Shown piece by piece: positions 27,601 to 39,356 of a DNA stretch of 64,000 nt (its first letter is position 1; every line of letters starts with the position of its first letter). The DNA is from Podarcis pityusensis (lineage: Eukaryota). A program made the translations under genes and the position numbers. The DNA is taken from the NCBI GenBank assembly GCA_964106645.2, contig OZ067048.1. One strand, 5' to 3'. The notes below the pieces were generated by a model that worked only from the letters and a program-made list of their open reading frames with translations, was not told the DNA's origin and ran no database searches.

Positions 27601-27916
27601 TAGGACCCGAGAGACCGTAGAGCTCCTGCAGCTGCGTCCCCTTCCACACTTGAGCAGCGATTGGGGGGGCCACTGCTGCTGGGGAAGGCTCAGGCAGGAC
27701 CAGAGAAGCCGCAAAGCAATGAGCCTTCCTCCCTGGGCCAGATCCTGGACATGTCCTTGCCAGTGATCACTAGGAGGCCTGAAAGGAAGAGGCAGCTCCA
27801 CAGCGGAGCCACTCAGCGGCCCAGAGTCACCCCCCGGCACCAGCAAGCTGTAGCCTCGCGCACATAGGGTCTGGCAAACAGCACAGCCAGGAGTGGGCAC
27901 TGGAAAGGAGTGGTGG

Positions 27917-28643
27917 AGGGTCTCAGGAGGTGGCAGAGGGATGCTCCTAGAGTTGTTTGGCAGGGCAGGAAGCCTCGAGTTAAGCTTAAGATATTGATGG
28001 ATGCTAAAGAAGGAGGTGGACCTGCTCTGCCAGACCTTTAATCTTTGTTGTGAACCATCTGCCTTTTGCTGGTTGAGAGAATGGTTGCTTCTTGAAAACA
28101 CCGAAGTGTTGGATAATGGCAGACGAAGTTGATGGACTATAGGGAATTAGCGGAAATGACTGGCAAGATCCGAGACCAGGGTGAAGAGTCGGTGGAAGAA
28201 GATTGGAAAAAGTTTAAAGACTATTTATAGAAATATTGTAAAATTAAGGATTGTTAGAAAAATGTTGGAATGAAATTACATGGCTTTAGTAGAAATGTCA
28301 TAAGGAATTAAGTATAAATAGATTAATAGAAAATTAAAGGAAAAGTATGGCAAGAATGTGTTAAGATAATTATAGAACAGAAAACAGAGTAAGATGGAAA
28401 GGAATTGCTGAAACAAATAATAGAAGTAGAATACAAAAAGGGAGGTGTGAGGAAGTCGCTGGAAATAAGTGAATGAAATATAAGATATTGAAAATGTTTG
28501 AGGTGTTTTTAAATTGTTTTTGTTTGTTTTTGCTTGATTTGTTATTTGTATTGTTTTTTTCTTTCTTTTTTCTTTTTCTCTGTGTTTGTAGTGCTGTATT
28601 GGAAATTTTGAAAAAGTAATAAATATCATATTTTAAAAAAAAA
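27917..28643 (+). mobile_element. 5'-truncated, internally deleted L1
   Basis: WQGRKPRVKLKILMDAKEGGGPALPDL...WLREW joined at about 28115 to WQTKLMDY...EDWKKFKDYL. AATAAA plus A tail. 16-bp TSD TGGAAAGGAGTGGTGG (27901-27916 and 28644-28659). Confidence 0.85.
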
Positions 28644-30399
28644 TGGAAAGGAGTGGTGGTGGTGGTGGTGGAGCTCCAGATCCCGCTGCAGCGCTTCTGC
28701 TTCTGGGGCACAGCCGCAGTGCAGAAAGGCAGTGGAGAGTGGCTGACTCTGAAGAGTGCCTGCCCTCTCCCACCCTTCAGTGGCATGTGTCTGCCCCCAC
28801 TCCCAAAGAGCCCTGACATTTCATTTAAAAAATAAAAATCTGCCCAGGTGGGCATGCTGCCCCCCCAAAACCAGGACATGTCTGGGGGAACCCAGATGTA
28901 TGGCAACCCTAATAAAGAGCGCCTGGTTCTCAGAAAACAAGTTTGTTCCCTTGAAGTCAGGGTAGCTGAATAGGAGAAGCTGAGAGAGGCAGATAGGTTG
29001 GTGAATGATGTCTTTAGAAACATGACAGCAGTGTTCACCTCCCATAGTAACAGTTCCTTTGCTGTCATGAAGAGTCAGGCCACATTCACACCGTGATGCC
29101 ACTTTAAACAGATCCCCCCCAAGAATTGTAGGAGCTGTTGCTTGTTAAGAGTGCTGAGAGTTGTTAGGAGACCCCCATTCTCCTCAGAAAGTTACACTTT
29201 CCACAGTTCCCTGGGAAGAGGGGTTGACTGTTAAACCACTCTGGGAACTATAGATCTGTCAGGGCAATTGGTGTCTCCTAACAACTCTCCTAACTATTCC
29301 AGTGGCTCTACAAACTTCCTAAGTGTGTTTGTTCATTCTGGGAAAGAGGGAAATGGCATCGTAATATCATACAAGCCATAGTCAAAGCTTCAAGTCACAA
29401 AGAGATTTCTGATACTTGGTTTTACAACAATGAGGATGCTACACTTACTTTTTAAGCCTAAGGGAACTGAGCCATGATTTTTGGAACTTACATTTCAGTA
29501 AAATAGAAAAGGAAAAACACATTCCTTAGGATATTGGTGTAGATTTGAAGCCGTGCTGGAGAAGAGAATATCTGACAACTGAGCTTGTGTGACAACATAG
29601 TAATGAAGCAGAATGGGATATATTAAGATGCAAAGTGCCTAGAGCATCAGATAAATGATAAGTCAAGGCAAAGGTTCCCTTTCCCTGATTTTTGCTTTTC
29701 TGAAACCTAAAGACTATTTTTTTAATCATATTTTTAATCTTGTACACAGATGGGTTTAAAAGCTGCTCATGCCTAATATGCCAAGACCATCAAATATTGG
29801 AGAAAACACATTAAGAAGGAAATGAACTGATCTAAATGCACTAGAGACCTGAAATAGGACAATACATGAGATAGCAAGAGAACTGTGTAGGATTGCCAAC
29901 TCCTGACTTATAAACTTCCTTATAAAGCAAGGCTTGGGAACCTATGGCTCTCCAGATACTGTTCAACTCCAACTGCTATCAGCCCCAGTCAGAGCGCATG
30001 AGAGTAGGAGTCCATGCTATAAAGGGTCAGGCATACTAAACTGAGTTGCTCTAAACAGAGTCAGGCCAAGCACAGTATTGCCCTAAGCAATCCTTGTGGG
30101 AATGATGGGCCAACAGTCTGCCTTGTCAGTTGGCAGGGCTGGGCGATATATTGATACACTGTCCCAAAGCGGTTTGAAGTCCATATCGTGACATTGGTTT
30201 CATAATTTTTGATCTGGCAATATATCGTGAATCATGGTGTGTGTGTGCATGCGATGCAAAAAACCACGAAGCCAGTCAATGCTTCTTTCAATTTCTGCAG
30301 CTCCTGTTAACTCTGCCGGGTGAATTCTCCCCTGCTTCATGCAAGGGGCAGCAAATCACAAGAGCAGGCACTGGCAAAAATCACCAATGCCTCTACATA

Positions 30400-30754
30400 A
30401 AGGTAAAAGTAAAGGGACCCCTGACCATTAGGTCCAGTCGTGGACGACTCTGGCGTTGCAGCGCTCATCTCGCTTTATTGGCCAAGGGAGCCAGCGTACA
30501 GCTTCCGGGTGATGTGGCCAGCATGACTAAGCCGCTTCTGGTGAACCAGAGCAGCACACGGAAACGCCGTTTACCTTCCCGCCGGAGCGGTACCTATTTA
30601 TCTACTTGCACTTCGTGCTTTCGAACTGCTAGGTTGGCAGAAGCAGGGACCAAGCAATGGGAGCTCACTCCGTCGCGGGGATTCAAACCGCCGAACCTTC
30701 TGATCGGCAAGTCCTAGGCTCTGTGATTTAACCCACAGCGCTACCCATGTCCCT
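30400..30754 (-). mobile_element. Sauria SINE, full length, inserted in an older hAT-like MITE (about 30134-30866)
   Basis: TSD AATGCCTCTACATA (30386-30399 and 30755-30768). Confidence 0.92.
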
Positions 30755-31721
30755 AATGCCTCTACATAGCTCCATCCTTATTTTAGACATTGTGATATAT
30801 GTATTGGTATATCCCGATGCTTAGCTGGTGATGTATCACGGTGTTGAAAATCAGATATCAGTCCTATCAGTAAGATGGACCATTGATCTCATCTAACAAA
30901 ATAACCCATATTTTCTTAGAGAAGAAGATCATAGGAAGCTGCTTTAAACTAAGTAAAGACCACCAATCTCACAACCCTATCTGGAGATGCCTAGGACTGA
31001 ACCCAGGATCACAACACACAAGTTTTAACACCGATCTGTGGCTTCTCCCCAACTCTAAGGGAGCTCCCGTGCTTCTTCTGACACTGAAACACTGTTGAAC
31101 ACCCCCCTGATTCATAGTTACACAGAAGCCTTACATCTGTGGCTTTTCGAAGGAGGAAATGAGGCCTATTGATATAGCAGAACACCTGCGCAGCATCAAA
31201 GATAAGTTTCAGAGAAAACCTTATCTCTAGATCAAGTTATGAACAGAGCACAGGCCTTTTTGCTTTGCAAGCTGAAGCACACAGCACAGCTTCTCAAAAG
31301 GCTCACAGAAGGCAATGACTTTTTGATCTTTTAATCTTGAGAGCTGCTGCAGCATGGTGGATACGAGCTAGGAAATCCCCACAGTTCACCTCAGATTCAA
31401 GCTTGCTTGTGGTTTTGGGCAAGGCACAGTTCCTTCAGCCTACCGTCTGCAAGATGGTGATGGTGATAAGCATGCTGTCCTGTCTTATGGGGATGCTTTA
31501 AAGAGTTCCAAGGTCATGCATTTGAAATGTGTAAGTCGCTGCAGCTAATCAGCCAGACCCACAGTGCAGCCAGCCTTACACCCTGATTGACTTGCAACCC
31601 AGACCTCTCATGGGATGTAAAGTTTAATTCCCTTGTCTGGTTAGCATTTGGGCCTTGACACCCATATAGAAGTTATACTGGTATGACCAGAAGGTGCTGA
31701 GTATCCCCACACTGCTAAGTA

Positions 31722-31962
31722 CATTTGTACCTTGGTTTTCAAACAGCTTAGTTCTTGAACGTTTTGGTTCCCAAACCCTGAAGTGACTGTTACGGTTTGT
31801 AAACTATTTTTGGAAGCCGAACGTCTGATGGGGCTTCCGCGGCTTCTGATTGGCTGCAGGAGCTTCCTGCAGCCAATCAGAAGCTGCTCTTTGGTTTCCG
31901 AATGTTTTGGAAGTTGAGCGGACTTCCGGAATGGATTCCTTTCGACTTCCAAGGTACGACTG
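31722..31962. mobile_element. Tc1/mariner MITE, family B-related
   Basis: Degenerate TIRs, TA flanks, internal palindrome GCTTCTGATTGGCTGCAGGAGCTTCCTGCAGCCAATCAGAAGC. Confidence 0.75.
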
Positions 31963-34152
31963 TAGTGCCTTCCCCTGGCATTTGCAAATGCAATGCAAAC
32001 AACTGTGGGGGAAGGAGGAATTGCACGTGCATCTGCACTCACTCACGTGTGTCCCAGATCACATGGAAGCCTTTATGGATTCAGCTATGCAGAGACATGC
32101 AAAAGCCCCCTCTCTGCAGATGCCTGCACTGTAAAAGGGAACAACATGCAGCGGGTCTACTGGGGACTATTCACAGAGTAAAATACAGGATAAAAACATG
32201 AAAATAAGTAAAGCAAAACAGCAAAACAATAACCAACCCTTCCTACAGACACGTTTAAAAGGCTGTAGAATATTAATCAGCCAAAGGTCTGGTTGAAGAG
32301 GAATGTTTTCGCCTACCGCCTAAAGAAATCTCAACTGGGCTGACAAAGTTTCCAAATGAACGGTATGCAGATATTTTAGAAGTTGTCTGTCTTGCCTCTA
32401 TCTGGTTTTCTTAAAAGTAGCTTCTGTAGCCAGAAGTCAAAAGAAACTCACTAAGTTTCTGCCTGGGGGGAAAGCTCCAAGCTGGTTCTAAAGCCTCTAA
32501 AAGTATTTCAACAAGAACACCCATGCTGTTGTTCAACTTCAGATGCAACAAACATGCATACACAAGACCTTCATTCTCTACTGAAATGCTGCAGATTAAC
32601 CGGCTTGTGTGCAGCCAGTCTTGGGTAAAACAGCTAAGTACTCCATTAAACGTTAGTTTCTCAAAACTGCAGAGATCTTAGCAATGCAATACGATGTGTA
32701 ACTACTCAGAAGCAAGCCCCATTAAGTTCAAGAAAAAGTGTGCACAAGATTGCAGCCTAAATTACCTTTGTTTCTAATTGCACATTGCTATGCAAACATG
32801 AATGGGGGATAACATTATGTTCTGAAACACAGAGAGATACAGCTCCTGCATACTATAATGAAAAAGGAAGTTGTGCAGAAAGCGACTTTTTGTTGTTGCT
32901 CTTGATCTTACAATTTCAGTTTGACTGTTTATATGAAGAGGCTACATTAAGAAAATAATTAAGGCATTCCAACTGTCCTATCTTCAGCATCCAAATGAAA
33001 GAAATTTGTGACTTTTAACAATTTAAGGTAATGCTTTTCATTAAATGAAAAATGCACCATTTAACTTGATCGGCTTTTTGTTTTAACATATTATTTCCTT
33101 TTTTAAAGGCGTATGCTATGCAGATCAGAAGTTTAGTACGTACCCCTATAACAATGCCAAGAAGACAAACGGCCCAACAACTGCTTTACGGAGGATGCAT
33201 TTAGGAAAGCTCCCGTATTTTGGAGTTGCAGTTAATTTATTGTGAGGATTGAAAATGGAAGATTTATGTTTAGATTCTCCTAGGAGTTATTGATTACCAA
33301 AAGACAAATGGCCACTATTATAACTAACTCCACATTATTTTATTTATCCTATGAGGCACCTTTGTAAACAAAGCCTTCACTACATTGATCATTTTTCTAA
33401 CAATTGAAATCACTTCCTCTGAACAGAATAGGTCCCAAATAATAAATCTGTGAATTGTTTTCTTGTTTTGTTTTTTTACTTGAACCCAACCTTTGCAGCC
33501 TGGGCAGTTATCTGGTCTTAATGCTTTAATTTTTATTTATTTTATTTTTTGTCTGAATGATGTCACTGCACAGAACTGCTTACAATATACATATGGGTTG
33601 TATGAAGACTTTAGTCCCAGTGATAGCTAATGCTTCTGATTCCCTCATCTCCATGAAACCTTTAATGGGGACGGGGGATAAAGATCAACAAAAGTCACCC
33701 ATTCCCAGCCAGTAACATCCCTCCACTGGATGAAAAGCCTTCTATAAATGGAAGGCAAAACTTCACTCTAGCCCAACACATGACAGAGACTCATAGTGGC
33801 TTAATCCTATAACCCCAATCAATGGAAATCAGCACCCATTGTAATAGCACCCATTAGGGGAAAGTGCATCAGGTCATAGTCTCAACCGAGAGACCGTCTG
33901 CACATACACCAAGCCATCACACAGTGCTGCAGAGCTGTGCAGTTCACACATCACAGTAAAGCATACTTAATGGTAGTGAATTTGGACTCTTGCTCCTCCC
34001 CAACATCACACTGAGGAAACAAAGCACAATGCATGGCTTATCATTACTTTCAAACTCAGGGGCATGTTTTCCTCCCAACAAACCATAATGAAAAGCTGGG
34101 AGTTGATTTTGGCTCATCTACCATGTTGATCACAACCTGGGTTGATCACCCA

Positions 34153-35640
34153 GGGACGTGGGTGGCACTGTGAGTTAAACAACAGAGCCTAGGACTTGCC
34201 AATCTGAAGGTTGGCGGTTTGAATCCCCGCAATGGGGTGAGTTCCCATTGCTCGGTCCCTGCTCCTGCCAACCTGCAAGTAGATAAATATGTACTGCTCC
34301 GGCAGGAAGGTAAACGGCATTTCCGTGCGCTGCTCTGGTTTGCCAGAAGCGGCTTAGTCATGCTGGACACATGACCCGGAAGCTGTACGTCAGCTTCCCT
34401 GGCCAATAAAGCGAGATGAGCGCCGCAACCCCAGAGTCGGTCATGACTGGACCTAATGGTCAGGGCGCCTGGGGGGCCACCAGGTGGCGCATTGGAAGAT
34501 GGCCGACAATAACATCTCTCCGACCCACATGAGGTAATTAAGAGGCTGCTATGGGAAGTATGCAGTCTTCCCCCCCCCCAAGGATATGGGGGGGACTGCC
34601 TTGCCAGCGGTGGCCACAATGCACCCCCAGATTCGAGAGAAGGGGGTGCGCCGGTCACTTGGCTAAGCCCTCGGTGCGGTCGGCTCTTCCCGGACGCCGT
34701 CTCCAATTTGCGCGTGCTGGCTTGCTTTAACACGAAAATATAATTGGAAATATATAATTGGAAGATGTTAAAGCACATAAGTCAAGCAAAGGTCGGGAGA
34801 TAAGACTGCTGATTAATGGATCTCTGGGATTGGAGCGGCGGGCGAAGACAAATAAATCAAGAGACGAAGCGCCATTAAGAAATGGGTATGTTTGGAGCTA
34901 AGAAGGTGGGGTGGAGGAAAAAACTTTTCTTTATCTTATATGAGCATAAATAATAACCCTCCGCCCCAAAGAAAAAAGAACCTCTGTATTTTACTACACA
35001 AGCAGGAATCTAAAAACTGTGTGGGATGAATTAATGATGAATGAAGAGAGGATTGGTAAAGATCGGAGAATGGAAAAATTTTATGACGCAGTTTTAAAAT
35101 GGCGTCTCGCAAGACAGGCTTGTTTAAGAAAGACGGGGGGAGGAGAACCAGGACTATTTGAAAGTGAACAATGTTTGGAATTTGATCTTTAACCTGGCAG
35201 AGCCCTCTAGGAGATATTTTACAAGCCTGGGAAAACTAAAGGGCAGACCGAAGATAAATTTTCGAAGGAGGAGTGGAATGGCGGCTGTCCCTATGAAATA
35301 TGACTTGTGGAGTGCGTAAAACCCACGCAGACGATGTTTGTTCTTAACCTGCCTGTGAAGATTATCAGAGATCGCAAAGAAAGGAATATATGACAACAAC
35401 AAGAAGATGAAGAAAGTAAAAAATAGACTATCTGGATAGAACTGGATAGAACTGTTTAATTAAAGCAGTAATAGAAGTGATGTTTGGATTCTCGTCCGGA
35501 GCTTGATGTATGGGTACCCCCAACAAAATTGAAAAATTCGGCTGTATAATTTGGAATTAATGTGATTTGAAATAGTGTGATATGATTGGCCTGTTAATAA
35601 AAATTGTGTTTTTTTAAAAAAATGGTCAGGGGTCCTTTAC
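34153..35640 (+). mobile_element. Sauria SINE split near its 3' end by a 1.15-kb insertion
   Basis: SINE body 34153-34465; tail resumes at 35621-35640. Outer 19-bp TSD TACCATGTTGATCACAACC (34119-34137 and 35638-35656). Confidence 0.9.
34466..35620 (+). mobile_element. Unclassified non-coding poly(A) retroposon, probably L1-mobilised
   Basis: 11-bp TSD AATGGTCAGGG (34455-34465 and 35621-35631). AATAAA at 35596-35601 followed by a T/A tail. CpG-rich 5' end with GGAAGATGGCCGA. No plus-strand ORF of 60 aa or more in the track. Confidence 0.8.
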
Positions 35641-38088
35641 CATGTTGATCACAACCCCTTGTTCAGACAAAACGCTAAACCAGCGCTAGCGGCGAGGAAT
35701 GGAGCGGGCACAATCAGGCCATGCATAGTAAACCATTAAGTTTGGTTTACCATGATGTGCTCACACCATCACTGTTAAGTGTGGCAGGAGTAGTGACTAT
35801 GCTGTAACATCCAGGTGAGCTGTCACTTGTCAGGTCCAAGATGCTGTGATAGGTGCCATGCAACAACGTGAGGCAATGTTTCTTCTGCCACTACTGATCT
35901 GGACTGCCTGGTTACTGATACGCCATCTGTTCACAATGTCTACAAAGGAGAACGCCTGACACGCAGCTTTAGTCAAGATATTTCACACCTATCAATACCC
36001 AGCAATGATCGACTCTCAATTCTACAATTAAGTTTAATTATGCCAAATGAACAGATTGCTATAACGGAGTTTCATTTTCAGCCCAGTCTGGTTTCTTTTC
36101 CAGAACTTTGACTTTTGCAAACTGCTTCTTGTGTGAAGGAGAAAGGAAGAGGCTGAAAGGAGGTAAATGAATCCATAATGGCAGGGATTAAAAAGATGTC
36201 TGCTGACAGCAATCATGGCTTGTGTCCTTTGAATTGCCAGCCCCCTACTGCCTTTAAATGGGCAACTCCTCCTGGGATACAGCCATCCTGTGACTGACTC
36301 AAACTGGCTTTGAAACTAAAAGGATAAGTGGGACCCACAAACAAAAGGTTACTGTGTGCAGTGATCCAGTTTGGGGTTCCATACACACAGCTATGGCCTC
36401 TTGTAGGACACTCCACCCCACTCTGTTTTTCCTCACCCTGCTGCCCCCACATTCCATGACCAATAAGCATGCTCAGTTCTGCTTATTCATCTGTTTGGTG
36501 GGTGCTATAAGGAAATGTAAGGGGAGAGTAAAGTATTTTTGGTCTTTTGCAAACTTTGAGGTTTCTCCAAGTCAGCCAGTACTTCCCTCTTGGGTGGGGA
36601 TGCCCAGTCTTGCCTACACAAAGATCCACATCCAGAAAACTGAACTTTCTTTTTCTTCTTCTTCTTCTTATATTTGTACCCTCTCAACTGACTGTGTTCC
36701 CCAGTCACTCTAGGTGGCTTCCAACAAATACAAAAGCATAATAAAACAACAGTCTTAGTCTTTAGTATTGCATGAACTATCAATCCCAGATGAAGATATG
36801 ACCAAAACACACTTGAAATCCGACCCTGAACCACCTTTAAAAGATACACGCACTAGCCTTCCCAGAGCAAAGGGTTTGAAGGCTCCCAGCACAGCAGAAA
36901 ACAGTCCTTAACTGCCCTTAAAAATAACCAGTAATGGGCAAGATCATAGTAAAACATCAGGCTGCACAATGCCTGGTGGCCTGCGTCCTGTCCAGGGTAA
37001 AATCTGCACCACTAAGAACTGATCGTGTTTACTGTAGGAGTAACCAAGGTCACCTTCACACCATACATTTAATGTATGATACTGCTTTAAGCAAGAAAGA
37101 ACCATATGCTAATATACCACCCCAAATTTTGTCACTTTATTCCTGCAAATAATGGGGTTGCAAGGGAATTGTTTTCTGGAATAAATTAACATGGAAATGA
37201 GAACTAAACTCCCACTATATTTCATTAGATTTCCAGAAATGGTTTCCATGAGAAAGCTCACACATATAGCATGGAAATTAAATTAGGAGAAAGGAATAAA
37301 CCAATGTGTGGATGTATCCAGGGAGAGACTTGCAGCCAGATGTGAGACCCAAGACTTCTCACTTTAAAAGATGTCCCTTTTCCTTCTCACAGAAGAAAAT
37401 GGAACCCCCCCCTCCCCAGCCCCGTTCTGCCATTGTGGTTTTAGACTGATGCAGCGGAAAACGAAAGATATGACTCAGAGACACAAACTCTTCAAAAGCA
37501 AGCAACTACACTTTATTTTAACAGAAGTGATTTGCTGATACTTTTTTCTTAACCAAGTGTGTACAATGATATTAGTAAGATCAGAAAAGAAAAGATCAGT
37601 CAGTCAAGTATACTGAAATACAAGTTGTCAGAATCACTGTTGGCCGTTTGCTTTTACAGTGATGAAACAGTGGGATCATTCACAGGCGAAGCCTTCCAAG
37701 AGCTATCAAACTAGAGGCCTCCTGCAGATTTCTTTTAATGCAACTTTGCACATATTAATTAGCCGTATGCCATTAATATCATTTTTGTGCTTTATTATAC
37801 AGCACATTGAAATGCTGAGACCAATCCTGTCAAACTTACTGGATGCCACTATACAGACCCTATTCTGCATGGAGAATTTAGTTTAATAACGGATTCAGTT
37901 TTGACTGAAGGGATGTTCAAAATTAAAGAGACACCTTTTACACTGGAATCTCCAAACTTTTGTCTTCCACACTGGTAAAGACCAACAGCTGTAAAGAAAG
38001 ACAGATTTGCCAGTCCTCACTTGCATATACCCAGTTACAAGCTACCACAATGTATAAATGAGTTCTGTGCGTTATTTAAGGTACTCAC

Positions 38089-38220
38089 CTTATTTCCAGT
38101 ACCAAGGAAGAATTGATTTTCCATCTTTCTACGGAATGCTGGAACATTGAAGAGCCACTCTTTTGGTTTATTTTATCAGAGCTATTGACCATTGATCTAC
38201 TTAAACTTAGCTCACCGTCT
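38089..38220 (-). CDS. ST8SIA4: ST8SIA4 coding exon 2 (132 nt): stem and start of the polybasic region
   Basis: Acceptor TTTTCAG|A, donor AG|GTGAGT. Encodes [44 protein letters not shown] with sequons N50 and N74 and Arg82. In frame with exon 1. Confidence 0.97.
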
Positions 38221-38511
38221 CTGAAAACACAATACAAAAAGAGAGCGTTAAAAATTAGCTTGGTACTAGCCATCAAGAAACCTTTTTTTTCCTGCCCTAT
38301 CTACATCACAAACAGCAGTGGTGTTTTATTTATATCCATGTAGGATCGTGGCTCTGCACCAAGCACCCACTGGATCACTTCCTACTCCAAGGGTGACTGA
38401 GAGCCACCCTTTCAGTTTCTCACAATGCCCTGGGGCACCTTACCTGGTGTCATTTCAAGGTATTGAGGAGAGAACATGGGAAGAACAAGGCAGGTGTCAA
38501 CATCACCACTA

Positions 38512-38736
38512 CAGTGGTACCTCGGGTTAAGAACTTAATTCGTTCTGGAGGTGCGTTCTTAACCTGAGGTACCACTTTAGCTAATTGGGCCTCCTGCTGC
38601 CGCCGAGCTGCCAGAGCACGATTTCTGTTCTCATCCTAAAGCAAAGTTCTTAACCCGAGGTACTATTTCTGGGTTAGCAGAGTCTGTAACCTGAAGCGTA
38701 TGTAACCTGAAGCGTCTGTAACCCGAGGTACCAGAG
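38512..38736. mobile_element. Tc1/mariner MITE, family A
   Basis: TIR CAGTGGTACCTCGGGTTA and TA TSD. Confidence 0.88.
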
Positions 38737-39042
38737 TACCAGGTCTGGAACGCTAACTGTTGATACCAGACCTATTTATATGTTGAAGGCCAACAGTAAC
38801 CACCTGCCCTGTGATGAGGAAGAAGTATGTCAAGGAGGCAGGCACAGACAACATCAAGCCGTGCTCTGGCCAAACTATCTATTTCTTTCCCTGCCCCCTC
38901 CCAAGTTTGCATGTTATCTTTGGGCTTTAAAAATGTGTAAGCCACCCTTGGGTGCCTTGGCAGAAAGACAGTATATAAACACAATGAATAAATATGTTTG
39001 TGGTGGATATAGTCAATGAATAAATCCTTCTGTACTCATTGT

Positions 39043-39356
39043 TGGGCCTGGGCAACGTATCGATACATTGCCCAGGACTAGTTTGAGGGCCAGAGTGCGA
39101 TGGCACCTTCACTTCACAGTATATCACAGGTGGGGCTTGCCTGCGCCTGACTCCCTCTGCTGCCAGCACCCAGAGAGAAGAAGATGCATTGGCCCCATGA
39201 GGGGAGCTGAGGCAGTTTCACCCCAGCGCCTCGTGGGGCCCAGGACGATGCAGCTTGTTCCTCTGTCCACTTTTCAACATTGTAATGTATCACTATATCA
39301 CGATGTTTGGCTGGTGTTACACTGCGATGCGGAAAAGCTGATATCGCCCAGCCCTA
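39043..39356. mobile_element. hAT-type MITE
   Basis: Right end ATATCGCCCAGCCCTA, 8-bp TSD CTCATTGT. Related to the host element at about 30134-30866. Confidence 0.75.

Noticed and set aside
28370-29068. 232-aa minus-strand ORF
   Set aside because: Low complexity, largely antisense to an L1 3' UTR and adjacent repeats.
30241-30717. Recurrent ORFs containing QLPGHVASMTKPLL (also at 11592, 19597, 34146, 52605)
   Set aside because: Antisense translations of Sauria SINE copies, not a protein family.
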